A stretch of DNA of 64,000 nucleotides from the human T2T-CHM13v2.0 reference genome, Homo sapiens. The notes beneath the pieces were generated by a model. It was not told where the DNA came from. It saw nothing but the letters and a program-made list of their open reading frames with translations, and ran no database searches. Shown one piece after another: positions 1 through 13,020 of the stretch. Within the stretch, counting starts at the first letter, position 1; every line of letters begins with the position of its first letter. The DNA is taken from the NCBI RefSeq assembly GCF_009914755.1, contig NC_060940.1. One strand, 5' to 3'. Both the position numbers and the translations under genes were made by a program.

Positions 1-53
1 TCCAGGCTGGGAGACAGAGCAAGACTCCACCTCGAAAAAAAAAAAAAAAAAAA
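1..53 (+). mobile_element. Alu 3' end and poly(A) tail, cut by window edge
   Basis: tccaggctgggagacagagcaagactccacctc followed by an A-run matches the Alu right-arm end. Confidence 0.9.
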
Positions 54-288
54 TCACTGGTCTAGAAAAATGGGACTGAAATTCACAATAGTGTCATCTC
101 TAGGAAAAGAGGAAGGAGACTAGTTTTTACCTGAGTTTGAGAGCTCCTTTTCTTCTTTTAAGAGAACACTTATGTACTGGCTTTATGCTTTTAAAAGTGA
201 TACACATGTACACACATATAACATATAGAGTATATATACATACACACTTTTCACTTAAAACAAGTTATATGTATACATGTTATATGCA

Positions 289-600
289 TGTAAAGGGCCA
301 GAGAGTAAACATTTTAGACTTCCTGGGCCACTTGGTCTCTCACAGACACTAAACTCCGCATTTGCAGATGAAGGCAGTCGTAGCAACCCATAAACAAATG
401 GGCATAGCTATGTTTCAATAAAACCTCATTCATGGATGCTGAAATTTGAATTTCCTACATTTTTTACACATCACGAAATATTATTCTTCTTTTGACTTTT
501 AAAAACTATTTAAAGTATCAAAACCATTTTTAACTAGCAGGCTGTACAGAAACAGAGAATGGCTGAGTTTGATTCTTGGGCTGTAGTTGGCTATCTTCTG
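289..600. mobile_element. MER58B-like hAT-Charlie DNA transposon
   Basis: gtaaagggccagagagtaaacattttag...gaaatttgaatttc...catcacgaaatattattcttcttttga resembles MER58B. Confidence 0.75.
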
Positions 601-679
601 TTTTGGACTGTTCCCAGTACATTCACAAATATTTATATATCTACGGAAAACCTATAATATTATATTAGTGCATTCTCTT

Positions 680-1130
680 TCAGAAATGGTGTCATAAGTG
701 TAGAAGTCATTTAAAACTTGTATTTTTATCTCAGCAATTTATTTTTGCTGAGAAATATTTGTATATATATTTGTACCTTATAGTGTGTATTTTTATTTCT
801 GTTCCTACATATTCATGTCTATATAGCAATGGAGGTATTCATATGTGGCTTTATTTGATTCTTTTCACTGCTATATGGTATTCCATCATATGATATGCCA
901 TATTTTTAATGCTAGATGGGTATTTAGTCTGTTGCCTCCCCCCACAACCCCATCCTGTATCACAAGCAATAGCAATTATATCCAAACATATCCACAAATG
1001 TATCTTGTGCATGTTTTTTAGGACAGACATTAGAAGTAGAGCTGTTTGATAATAGGGTATGCACATTTTCCATTTTAATAGGTACTAGTAAATCAGCTTC
1101 CCGAGAGACAATATCAGTTTACAGTGCTCA
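680..1130 (-). mobile_element. Old L1 (L1ME-like) 3' fragment
   Basis: ttcttttcactgctatatggtattccat...gatgggtatttag...tagaagtagagctg...gggtatgcacatttt, antisense L1M motifs. Confidence 0.65.
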
Positions 1131-2929
1131 TGGGAGACTCTACTGCCATTCTTGGTTTGGGAGGTTGCATCCCTTCCTGTTTTACTTATGGGGTGGGAGC
1201 AAGAAAACAACCTTCTCTCTGTATCATCTTGCCTTGTAGTTACAGCTGTAAATGTGGGCCTTCATGTCCCTTTGGGTGGCTGCAGACATGGTTTTAACTG
1301 TTTGCTGTGCCCCTTGCACATGAGAATAGCAATTTATATCAATAACCAGGTCTGGCAACATCTGCCAAGGTTGTCACACTCTGTGATTAAATGGCCACAT
1401 GTGCTGAGAACACGAGGACAATGGGGTTGTAATTAGGGCTTGCTGTCTCTCCATCGGCCACCCGCACCATGCGTCCCTTCCTATAACCTTGCTTTTGTGA
1501 ACTGATTTGTGAATCAAATTATTCCACTGGGCATGCCAGTGTGTGCTGGGTTAATAATAATACTCTATATTTGTGAATCTCTGTAATTGTACAGGGTTCT
1601 GCATAAGCGAAAGTCTAAACCCCTTTTTGCCATTTTACCTGGTGCTGTTGGAAAATGTGTCAGGGGATCATACAAGATAACATTAGAAGTTAACTTTAAA
1701 AATAGTAGGGAGTGGAGCATGTTCTTCATGGCATCATTATTGTGAAATAAGGTTTTACTTTATGGTTATCTCAGCATCCGTTAAATGCCACTGACCCTGT
1801 AAGAAAGGCAGGCAGAGAGAACACAAATAGAATTTTGTTAACTCTGCAAGGAGAAAGTTAAACACTGTGTTAATATCATATTAAAAACACTCTTAATGCA
1901 CAGAAGAAAAAAAAATCCCTCCTCGTTTTGTTCCTGGTATGACAAAGATGGATGATGGTTACATAAGGAATTGGCATGTTAAAAAAAGACACACTTGAAA
2001 TATTGCCTCTAGATATGAAGTTGTAACGAATGTGAAAATATTTGAAAGATTTATTAGCATTTTAATATTTGCTTACCAATGCATAAAATCCTAATCAGTT
2101 GTATACAAGTTGTATACTTTAACTCAAATAAAGTATCCAAGAAGGACACAGGCAGGAAGCCAATGAATATTTCACTCATTGTTGATCAAATATAGGAGGG
2201 ATATATGTATATTAAATTTTATTTCCCATTTAGATCCTTCCTGTTTAAATAAGTGCTTGAGGTAGCAAAGCCATCTTAGTGCACACAGCTTGCAGTTCTA
2301 ACTGTGAAGAGAAGGGAAAAAGAACAAATTAGTTTTTCTACATCCAAGAGTCATTTCCCCAGCCAATTAATTTTTTGGTCCCTACCAAAATCAGCACTTA
2401 AGCTGAAGATAGCTAGAACCTGTGTAACTCATTCCTATTAACAACAGCAACAAAAAAAGTGAAATAGATCTATGAGGACTTCTTGGGAAAATAACAGGAA
2501 AATTACTTTGATGATATTATTATTCAAGGTACACATATTTAAAAGGTGATCTCTAAATTTCAACAGAGACGACAGTTGTTTTTCTCCTAAAAGCAGGCTG
2601 AAACCTCAGCGCATTCTCATTTAGTACGTAACGTGGAAAAAGAGTTGAGATCCTAACGCTTCGCTCCTAAATAAAGTGCAGCTGCTTCTCGGAGATGAAA
2701 TAGGATGAAAGCCTAGCTGTTTGGGGCGGGAGGCGAGATTGGGGGCGCGGTGCTGGGGTCTTCGATGTTTTACCAGTATTTCTAGGTGAAGCAGCATATT
2801 GGAAGTCATAAATACTGTCCCGTGGACATTCTGAATAATGCAGGAGTAGCGTAAGTAATTGGGAGTGCTTATATCCGCCTTTAGACATTTGATTGCTCGT
2901 GAGTTAAAATTGGTTGTCAAGTGCGGACT

Positions 2930-4040
2930 CAGGGAACCGTGCAAGGTGCCCTATTCTGTCATGTGGTACATATTTAATGCCTGAAAGAACAAGGGAAGGG
3001 ACACGTGCGGGCGAGAGAGGGCGAGCGGCGAGATACCGCAGCCAGCTCGGAGCTTTGCAAGTGCCTCCGACCCGTAGGGGCGGGACCCACGCAGCCCCAG
3101 TATCCACTGCCTTCCCCCAGCTGCAAGAGTTTGCAAAAACATTGGGCGTCTCATTTGGCGAGCGTTTTGGCGCGGACAGAGGCCGAGGCCGGCCGGGGAA
3201 GCCGGACCCGGGCCCTGGCGCCGCCGTGGCCTCCCTTTGTGCGCGCCCGGGTGTTGATTGCCTCCTTGCACGGGCTGCTCGCTCTCGCGCCCGCGCGCTC
3301 GGGGCGTTCTGCACCTGCTGGCGGTCGTGCCAGGCAGCCCGGGCGAGCGAAGGCGCGCGGCGCGCACGACAGATGACTGGAGTCATTTACATTGCTAGCA
3401 CGTGGGTGCCGTTTGCTGTTGCCTCGGACTTCTCCCGTGCTGTGTTTTCCCGGTGAGGAAACAGGAGGCACTTTGCAGCCGACAATGAAATCTTGGCAGC
3501 TAATTGCAGTCGTGGGAGATGCCCTTCAGGTAAGGCGAGCGAAGAAGACTCTAAAACACTGTCAGGGAAGGAGAGAAAGAGGGAGAGAGGGAGGGAGGGA
3601 AGGGAGAGACCAGGCAGCTTCTGCAGAGGCTTCCTGAAGCCCACTGACTCCGCGGGAGGGGGTTGCAGAGGGACGGGGGCGGGCGACAGGGGGAGGAGTG
3701 TGCAAATTGACATTTTTGGCTGCCTGTGGCAGAGGAGCAGCCGTCAGCCGCTGTCCAACGTTAGCGCAGACACGGTGGCGGCGTGTGCGCCTCCGGGGCT
3801 GCTGATTAGAATAGGGGACTTGGCCGTGGATGGAATCCGGGAAACCCAAACCGGAGATGGAAGGATGAGGCTGCGTTTGCAGCGCGTGAATGGGACGCGG
3901 TATGTAAGCCGAGCTCCAGCTCCGGGGACCTCGGAGACTGTGCTCAGGGCTCGCCCTGGGTGCCCCGTGGTGGGGGTGGTCTGGACACTTGGAGAGGGCT
4001 AGGGGGCGTTTAGAGGGATTGGGGAGCCCGGAGATGCATC
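2930..4040. promoter_or_regulatory. CpG island promoter
   Basis: Abrupt GC- and CpG-dense block in AT-rich flanks. GC box GGGGCGGG at 3077 (another at 2723, just upstream of the island), E-boxes CACGTG at 3002 and 3399, E2F-type TTTGGCGC at 3166, no clear TATA. Confidence 0.9.
3250..3529 (+). other. Putative first exon of an unidentified gene (TSS approximate)
   Basis: Lies within the CpG island and ends at consensus donor CAG|GTAAGG (3529/3530). G-rich sequence follows on the + strand, typical of a first-intron start. Confidence 0.65.
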
Positions 4041-7000
4041 GATTTTCTTTACCCACTGGAAGTTAGTGGGCAACTTCCTTGCCAATGCTCATTGGCTCCG
4101 TTTAACTTTATTCCCAGAGATGAATAAGCGTTTATTAAGAACCGATGTAAAAGTCCCAATAGGCTAGCCATGGTTTTGCAAGAGATGCGCGGCTCTGGAA
4201 ATGAGAGGTTTATGAAATGAATGGCCAGATGGGTTGTGCATTTGCGAAGTTGGCATGCTCACGTTGCAAGGGAGCATGTGTGTGCAAATGTGAGCATATG
4301 CGCTGCATATCTGTGTAAACATGTCCACCATGCTCGTTGCGCTGGTGTACTCTTCATCTTCTCTGCCTGTTTCCCATGGAAGAGAGATTAAATTGACAAT
4401 ACTGAACACGCTTCGACTTGAGAAATAAGCTCTGTACCATTTTATGACATGGAATAAGAGTTGCCTTCTTCTGAGATCAAATGGGAGAAATGTGCCTTGC
4501 CTTCTCAAGTGATGGAATGAACTGTTATGCATTTATAGAATATATTATATACAGAGTGTCGAATGTGACATCCATCAGTCTACAAGGATCACCTAGCCTC
4601 TCAAGCACAGCTCATCCCTCTAGCCCTTATTTTCAGATTATGGGGAAATTGGGGGTTTTATTATTTCTTTTGACAAAAGAGCTGCGTTTTCCACCTTCCT
4701 ACTTAAGAGGGCTCCAAGCAGAATTGTGAATCCAAAAGTTTTGTTGGCAGTGTCACCTTAGTAAAACGTTATGAAATTATTTGCTAAAAGAGTCACTTTC
4801 TGAGTGTCTTCACGTAGAAGGATTTACTCATTGTTGACATGGTTTCAATTTTGGTTACACAGAAATGAATGCGGTTTATTGCTGAAGCAGGCAAAAATGA
4901 TTGTGTAATCCTCTCTTTATTAGGGTAGCTGGGTAGTAAATTGTTTGGCTTAAAATGGGAACATCTTTCTCCACTGTGTTCCCTATTTTTTTATCTAAAT
5001 GTGTGCTGGAAAATCCAAAGAGTGTGAGTAAAAGGGTGTTTGTGGCATGGAGTAACTTGCCTTTGTGGTTTGCTATGACTAAGTTTTAAGAGGGTTGTTT
5101 GTTAAGTAAGTGAATGCAAGTCAATCAGCAACAGCTGCTTGCCACTCAGGCTCACAGGAATCCAGGCTTTTCATTTAAGAAGCAAGATTTTCCAAGTCTT
5201 ATCTGCCCACACGCTTCCCACACGTGTGATGCCTCCCCTCTATTAGAATACTCAGAGGTTATGAAGAGGGAATTGTTAATCTGAGGAATGAGGTAGGGGG
5301 ACATGTAGAAGGAGCTCCTCCCTCCCTCTCTTACCCCTCTTCTCTTCTCTCTCTTGGTCTCCCTCTGGGTATTTCTTCCTCCTTATCCCATTTTTTTTCA
5401 TCTACGTGTATTTCTTTCCATCTTTCTGTCTTTACTGTTTTACCTGGTGCACAGAAACCTTTTAGGTATCTTTGCTACACTTTAACATATGTTTTGCACG
5501 CTGGAGGATCACCAGAGCCTGTTTTTCTTTCTTTCAGGAATTCTCCGCTCACCTGCAAGAATTATTTAGTATCAGGCAATTCCACTGTACAGCAGTCTTA
5601 TAAAAAGTGAATATTCAAACTTTTTTATCATTTCTTTTTAACCAAGCAACTAGACTCTTTGAAAACACTTTTACTATGTAAAAAGAGCAGAATCTTTTCT
5701 GTTACCCCAAATTGAGGGTTTATACGAAAGTACTTTCTGTCTCATGACTTTATTGGACTAAGGTTATTTTTACGTTTGTCTCTTAAAATCTTATCCTTCA
5801 AACTTCTGTTTTTCCTATCACTTGTCTTAATTTTAGAGCCTGGATTCATTTTAATCTGTATTTACTCAGACTTGGTAGAAATAACTATCAGTGCTGACTT
5901 ATGGGCCAGGTAATTGAAGTATAACAAAAATAGTTTTTCTTTTTTGTATGATATTGTGTTCCTTTTTGCTCTTAAAAAGGACCAGCTAATTATTTTGCTT
6001 TTTTTTTTTTCCTCTCTCTACTAGGAGTATGATACAAAAGTTGAAGGAGATCTCAGTAAAGGGCTTTTTTTTTTTTTTTTTTTTTTGGCATTGATTGCCT
6101 TCCTATAAACTATAGTTGCAATATTTGGAAAATATATTTTCATATTTTATGACACTAATTGGTGTATATGACTTTTGTTTTGAGAATCCAGGTACACACT
6201 CCTCATTGTTGTCTTTGATTTGATTATAGACAACCTGCTTGAATGGGCCAATCTTGAGCTAAACAAATATTACAACATCTAGTGAAGAACAAACTTGGTC
6301 TTGTTTTCTGTCTAAATTTATAATTTTTATATTAGATTTTGAGCACAGTTGTAATCTGGTGAAATGAAAAGTCATCTAAAAGAGGAAGAAGATATCTGAA
6401 CTAATAATAAAATGATTATTATTAATTAAACTTAGTTGTGTTTAGCTTTTAGCTTTTATTTTAAAAACTTCACGTGTCTTAGTCTCAAAGTTATCAAAGG
6501 GAGTTGGCGTAAGTTCTTGGAAAGTAATTCTGTTGGGATTAAAAGTCCTCTCTATGAGACTTCACTCTCCATCTTGTGTTGATTTTCTGACGAACATAAA
6601 AAGAAATGAGGAGGAAAAAGCTTGAACCCTTAATTTTATTATTTTTTTTTTTTGGCATTTTAGACTTTACTTTGTTATGGATCCAAAAACTTTGGAGTGT
6701 GTTAAAATATCAAATCTTTGTTTGCATTTATGGGTATGCGTTTTTGCTCTTTTTGTTTTCTTTCATTTTCATGCAGTGTTGTGTGTTTGTGTGTATTATG
6801 AGCAGTAGTCAACAGGAGCAAATGAGAAGAATTTTACAATTATGAATTCTCATGCATAATTTGATTTTAATTAAATCATAGATAATCAGAATAGCAGTCT
6901 CAAGGATTTAGGATCCCTGCTGAACCCCCTCTTCTTGCATGGCACCAAGAGAAAGATAAAACGCCTTTAAAAGTCAGCATTTAATATACAGTGTTTGGTT

Positions 7001-7123
7001 TGGAAACCATCGCATATTAAATTATTCAGCAACTATAATGTCCCAAACAGTTTTCAGGGTGTGTTTTTATTAAGCTAAATAAAGTTTCTATGAAAAGTTG
7101 TGGGGTTTCAGTAAGTTGTGGGG

Positions 7124-7127
<4 letters not shown>

Positions 7128-7164
<37 letters not shown>
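7128..7164. repeat. (TG)n microsatellite
   Basis: About 18 uninterrupted TG units. Confidence 0.97.
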
Positions 7165-7166
<2 letters not shown>

Positions 7167-7655
7167 CCAAAAGGCCGAAACAGCTTATGTCAGCTACAGC
7201 AACTCGTTTTTGATTCAGCAAAACTAGGTTATGAATTCAAGCAATTAAAAATGACAGAAAGCCCAATTTCACTGCCTAGATTAATATGCTTCCAATTTTT
7301 CCTGCTCCATAAAAATTTCAAAGTGTTCTTTCTGGTGAGGTGCTTGCATAACCTATAGGGTATTGGGAGGGTCTCCATTTCTTGTTTGCTTATGATGTCT
7401 GAATACTTTGATGTAGCAAATGTAAATAGGATCAGTTGGATATTTGTAACATAATTTTGTGCTTGCAAGTTCTGCTGAAATTATTTTGGTTGGGTTTAAA
7501 AGAAAAGAGCAGTGGTTAGTTTCTAAGCATTTACCGATAGTGAAGAATCTGTCGGCAAGCTCCAATGTCATGAAGGCCAGGAAAGACTTTTCAAGAAAGA
7601 TACAATTATAGTAGAACTAGTGTTTTCAGCTTCCAAAGATGGCAGTGATATATGT

Positions 7656-7656
7656 A

Positions 7657-7700
<44 letters not shown>
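7656..7700. repeat. A19(TA)13 compound repeat
   Basis: Directly visible. Confidence 0.95.
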
Positions 7701-7705
<5 letters not shown>

Positions 7706-8339
7706 AAATATTATGCAGTGATGGGCATGTTTATTACTTTTTCTCTATTCCTAAAGTAATGTCTGGAATTCTAGATTCATGTTTATCTAATGAGCCAAAT
7801 CTCTCCCTGTTATTTAAAATGGTCCTTTTTCCTTACACACTAATTAGTAGTCAAAACCAGCCGCTTTAATGATCTGTAGTTTTTGGTTTGTTCGTTAAGT
7901 TTTCTAACCTGGTTTGAATTAACTTGTTCACACAAAGAGTGTACACAGACACAGATATACACTCAAAAAGCTCATCTCCCAGCACCATTTACTCCATGCT
8001 TTCAATCCAATACAGAAAGCAACAACCAAACAAATCAAGGTGCAGTATTTGCCCAATGTTTGTTTTACAGAGAAGACCCCTAAAGGGCTGTATATGAGGA
8101 AGGCCTCTGCCAGCCCTTCCTTTGCTCTTCATGGTAATTCTGCATCTGCATTTGCCACAGTACTGTGGATGTATTTCTTTGTTGTTTAGTTGCAGTCTCT
8201 AGTTGTGAGGAAATCAGTTGTTGTCTGCAAAGAAGATGTAAGTACTAGTTGGATTTATTGTGGTTAGCTGAATGTGTAAGTACAGGTCTTCCATTTGTAT
8301 TAAAATGATGAGGATGAGGATGTGATAACCTGTCAACAG

Positions 8340-8550
8340 AAACAGCAGTAACAATACAATGCCGATTTCTTCCTGGGCACTTACTGACTCCCTCTGTGCA
8401 TCAGACATTGGACGAGGAGCTCCTGTGTATTTTCTCTGTTCTTACAACTCTGCAAGGTAGGTATTACCATGCCTAATTTAGAGATGGAGAAACAATTTTC
8501 AAGACTTTTTATAATTAGAAAAAGTGATTAGACTGCAAATTTTTCTGATT
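8340..8550 (-). mobile_element. MIR
   Basis: caactctgcaaggtaggtattaccatgcctaatttagagatggagaaac, antisense MIR core. Confidence 0.65.
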
Positions 8551-8650
8551 CCAATATGCTAAGATACCATTGAAGTTTATTAATCTGAGTTTAGAATTTA
8601 GCATTTAGAATCTGTTTACACATAATGGGTACTTAAGAGATACACTACGT

Positions 8651-8818
8651 TAGGGATTCTCAAACAGGATCAATTTCCTCCCCTAACCCATAATAATATT
8701 TAACAACATTTTGAAGACAGTTTTTGTGTCTTTGCGAGAGGATGACTCCCTCCTGCAAAACAAAAACAAATTACCTGGCCCCAAACCAACAGTGCCACAG
8801 CTGAGTAATTATACCCTA
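8651..8818. mobile_element. MER20-like element, internally deleted
   Basis: tagggattctcaaacagg...gaagacagtttttg...attacctggccccaaac...agtgcc resembles MER20 ends. Confidence 0.55.
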
Positions 8819-9289
8819 GGTAATATCAGTGATAGTCTAATATAAACATGGTCTGATTTTTCAAGAGAGGGGAGAAGGTATGTGTACTTCAATTATTAAA
8901 CATTTAAAATCTCTGGTTGGATACTGTGACTAGGTTCATGATGCAAAATCAGACGGTCCTTATTTCCTTACAGTCTGACACTAAAATTGTTACAGCTGCT
9001 TCCTTGGAACATCTTTCTTTATAAATATGGCATGGGTCGTTGTGATTTAAAGTGCCCTATTTTTTTCCAATTTACTTACTCTTTAGTACGAGAAGTGCTG
9101 GAAAATGAAATTTCTTTCCTTGGTACTCTTGTCACTAGAAGAGAAATGTAACGTCACTAAATGAATAATGGAAGAGCAATTCTAACAACCTTCCCATATG
9201 GTCCTTCTTTTCCCTCAGTATTCAAATGGCATTATTTTCCTCTTATCTTTAAAGGTTTGGCACATAGGTTTATTGGTTTATTTGTTTAA

Positions 9290-9505
9290 ATAATATTTTA
9301 TATTTGCCGAGCACTCTTGCAAATGCTTTAAAATATTAATTCATTGAATCTTTAAGATAAGCCTAGGAGATTGTTATTGTTTTTATCTACTTTTTACAAA
9401 GAGGGAACAGACATCCAGAGAAGTTGAGTAATCTGTATGAGATCACACAGCTTCTAAGTGGCAGAGCTGGGATTTAAACTCCAAAGTCTGTGTTCCCAGC
9501 CATTT
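9290..9505 (-). mobile_element. MIR
   Basis: gagaagttgagtaatctg...gatcacacagcttctaagtggcagagctgggatttaaactcc. Confidence 0.8.
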
Positions 9506-11529
9506 TCTCATGTACTTTAGTAATTTGAGCTTCTAAATGTACAGAAGCCTAAGCGTTGAGGCACCATCTTCACCCGAGTTTTGAAACAAAAGACATTTTT
9601 AGTCTCATTTTGGAGTGGTTGATGAGGAAAACGGACTTACCTGTTTTTGAAAGAGCATGAGTGATAATGCTCACAGCTTTATATGTTGCTATTTAAATAC
9701 TCCTGCAGATGCACTTCACCTGGGTCAGGAGGTGTTGTGAATTCTCTCTACCATGGCCACCTCCAACAACAGCAAAAAAGCCACCAAAGGGAAACACTAA
9801 TGTACAGGAGGGCACAATTTGCAGGATGAGTGATCTCCATTTTATTCCCTACTTAATTGTCATGTTGGAAAAATAGAAATTCTGCAACTGGATCTCCTAA
9901 GGTGTCTTCAAGAAACTTAAGTCTTTGCTTTCTGATGCTCTTAAAATGTTCTAGAGAGCCCCATGTGGTCCATGCCAGGTGGGTGATGGTGGATGTGAGT
10001 ACGTTGACTCCCAGCTTGATCTCAGCTAATGCCAGGCTGTTTGTTGTTCCACATTTAGGCCACGGGAATGACCATGCCTATCTCAGTCTCAGTTGGGTTT
10101 TTAGTGAATAGCAAATGCTATGAAAAGAAAAACAATTTAAGTATATTTTTAAATAGAAATGCCAATTTGACACATTTTATTCTGCTTTAGGAGGGAAAAA
10201 AAGATCTTGCAAGTACGCAATTAAATACATACCAGAATATCCAGAAAACCAAGACAGAAGTAGAGAGCGTCAATGAACTTCAGTTGAATAAATGAGTACA
10301 TGGATGGAACATTTTGTATTTTTCAAAATTTCTTGTCAAGAATATGTATGGGTTTGTACTTGAAAATGTCTCACATCTCGAATACAAGCCACCGTGGTGG
10401 GAAATACAGGTCTGACAGGCGTCCATTTCATACCAGCTGTCCTCAGCTTACCAATCTAAATTTGTACGTTACTTAAGTGTTAGGCGTAGGTATCTGCTTA
10501 CTATTTATTGCCCTGCAGAAAGCTCAGAGATGATTAAGCACAGCTTACAAGTATGGACTGCATTTTACCTGAGGCAGGACACAGATTTTTTTATACAAGA
10601 AAGAAAGGGTCACCCATGAACAGCTCGTATCTGGTCATGGAGCAATATTAAAGTCTCAAAAAGGGCTGTTGAGCTACCTCCTCCCAGCCTGGAGACAGTT
10701 TAGGAACTGGGCTGGAAGTGGAATCCATTACTGTTCTTTGTATTTCAGGCCCAATAAACTCACGTTTGAACAAAGAGAGCGAAGAGTGAATCCCATTGCA
10801 GAACTGTCAAAAGACTGATGTTGGATCCATTACTGTCAAATGTCCTTTTTTAATACAGTTCATTAAATTGGCTTTTGTGGAATACCTATTTCATCTAAGT
10901 GTTGGTTCAGGAAATGGTTTAAAATGAAACCAGAATTTGTTGTTCAGTGGGAAAATAAATGAGATGAACCCACATAACCAAGACTACCCAGTAAAGTTCT
11001 GTAGATACTATCTATTAGTATGCAGTACTAAAATTTAAATTATACGTGTATATATAGTTATATCTATAGTTAAGCTATAGATATGTAACTTATGTATAGA
11101 CTAGAAGCTACATAGTCTATAGTCTATTTATATCTACATATAAACTATATATAGATATATAGTTAAACTATATATATAGTTTAATTGATGAAAGAAAGAA
11201 TGGGAAGTTGGATTTAAAATAGCCATTTTAATTCCATATCCAGAAGTATATGGAATACTTCCGCATCTTAAGGTGAGCCTCCTTTTAGAAATAAAGATAA
11301 CTAGTGATAAACCTTGTATGCCATTAAAAAGAGCGTACCCAACACTCAGTGAATTTCTGCCCAGTCTTGATTGTGAAATTTTCTTAGGAATCTAAACATA
11401 AAGAAGTTACATCAATGTTATAAGTGGTTCAGGATTCACATTCTGCTGCTGACAGAGAAAGAAACCTGATTTTGTTGTAATGTACTAGCTAATTGTTCAG
11501 TATATAGAATTGCACATCATTATCCTTCT

Positions 11530-11760
11530 TATTGATAGTGTCTATTGAGTGCCTGCAATAAGCTAGACACTGTACTAATTCCCAGATGGGCATTATTGGC
11601 CTGAATATTTCCAGCAGCCCTATGAGGCAGATGTGATTGTTATACCCAGGGTTCATGAGGGAAGGCTGAAACTTGGGATGGTTTTTCAAGGGTTACCAAC
11701 AGCTAGTGACTAAAAGGGCTGCTAATCAAATTTGAAGCTTTGAGGCTTCGAAGTCCCTTT
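11530..11760 (-). mobile_element. MIR
   Basis: tattgagtgcctgc...cagccctatgaggcagatg...cagctagtgac. Confidence 0.65.
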
Positions 11761-11989
11761 CCCCGTTTTTTTGGCCCAAAGCTATATCAATCATTGTTCT
11801 AACATTGGTGAAAAATGAATCTGATGTAGATGAAGAGATTTATGTAGCTATAGGAAGTTCCTATAACTCTCCTATTAGGATTAACCTTCTTATCATCTTG
11901 GCAAATTATGCAAGTGGCTGGATATTTTGGGTAGATGGGTGGATGGGTAGATGAATGGATAGATGAGTAGACATATAGACTGAGTAGTA

Positions 11990-13020
<1,031 letters not shown>

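Noticed and set aside
3250-3529. Assigning a gene symbol
   Set aside because: I could not match the exon or the MKSWQLIAVVGDALQ peptide to any gene I reliably remember; needs BLAT
2904-4056. Overlapping 80-180 aa ORFs on both strands
   Set aside because: Stop-poor GC-rich CpG island; Arg/Ala/Gly/Pro-rich with no domain; many start at non-ATG codons
4266-4340. Possible pre-miRNA hairpin gagcatg...catgctc
   Set aside because: Large asymmetric bulge; pairing is explained by alternating purine/pyrimidine composition
5520-6060. Strong acceptor-like sites at 5537 and 6024
   Set aside because: No convincing donor at exon distance; T-rich intron gives such sites by chance
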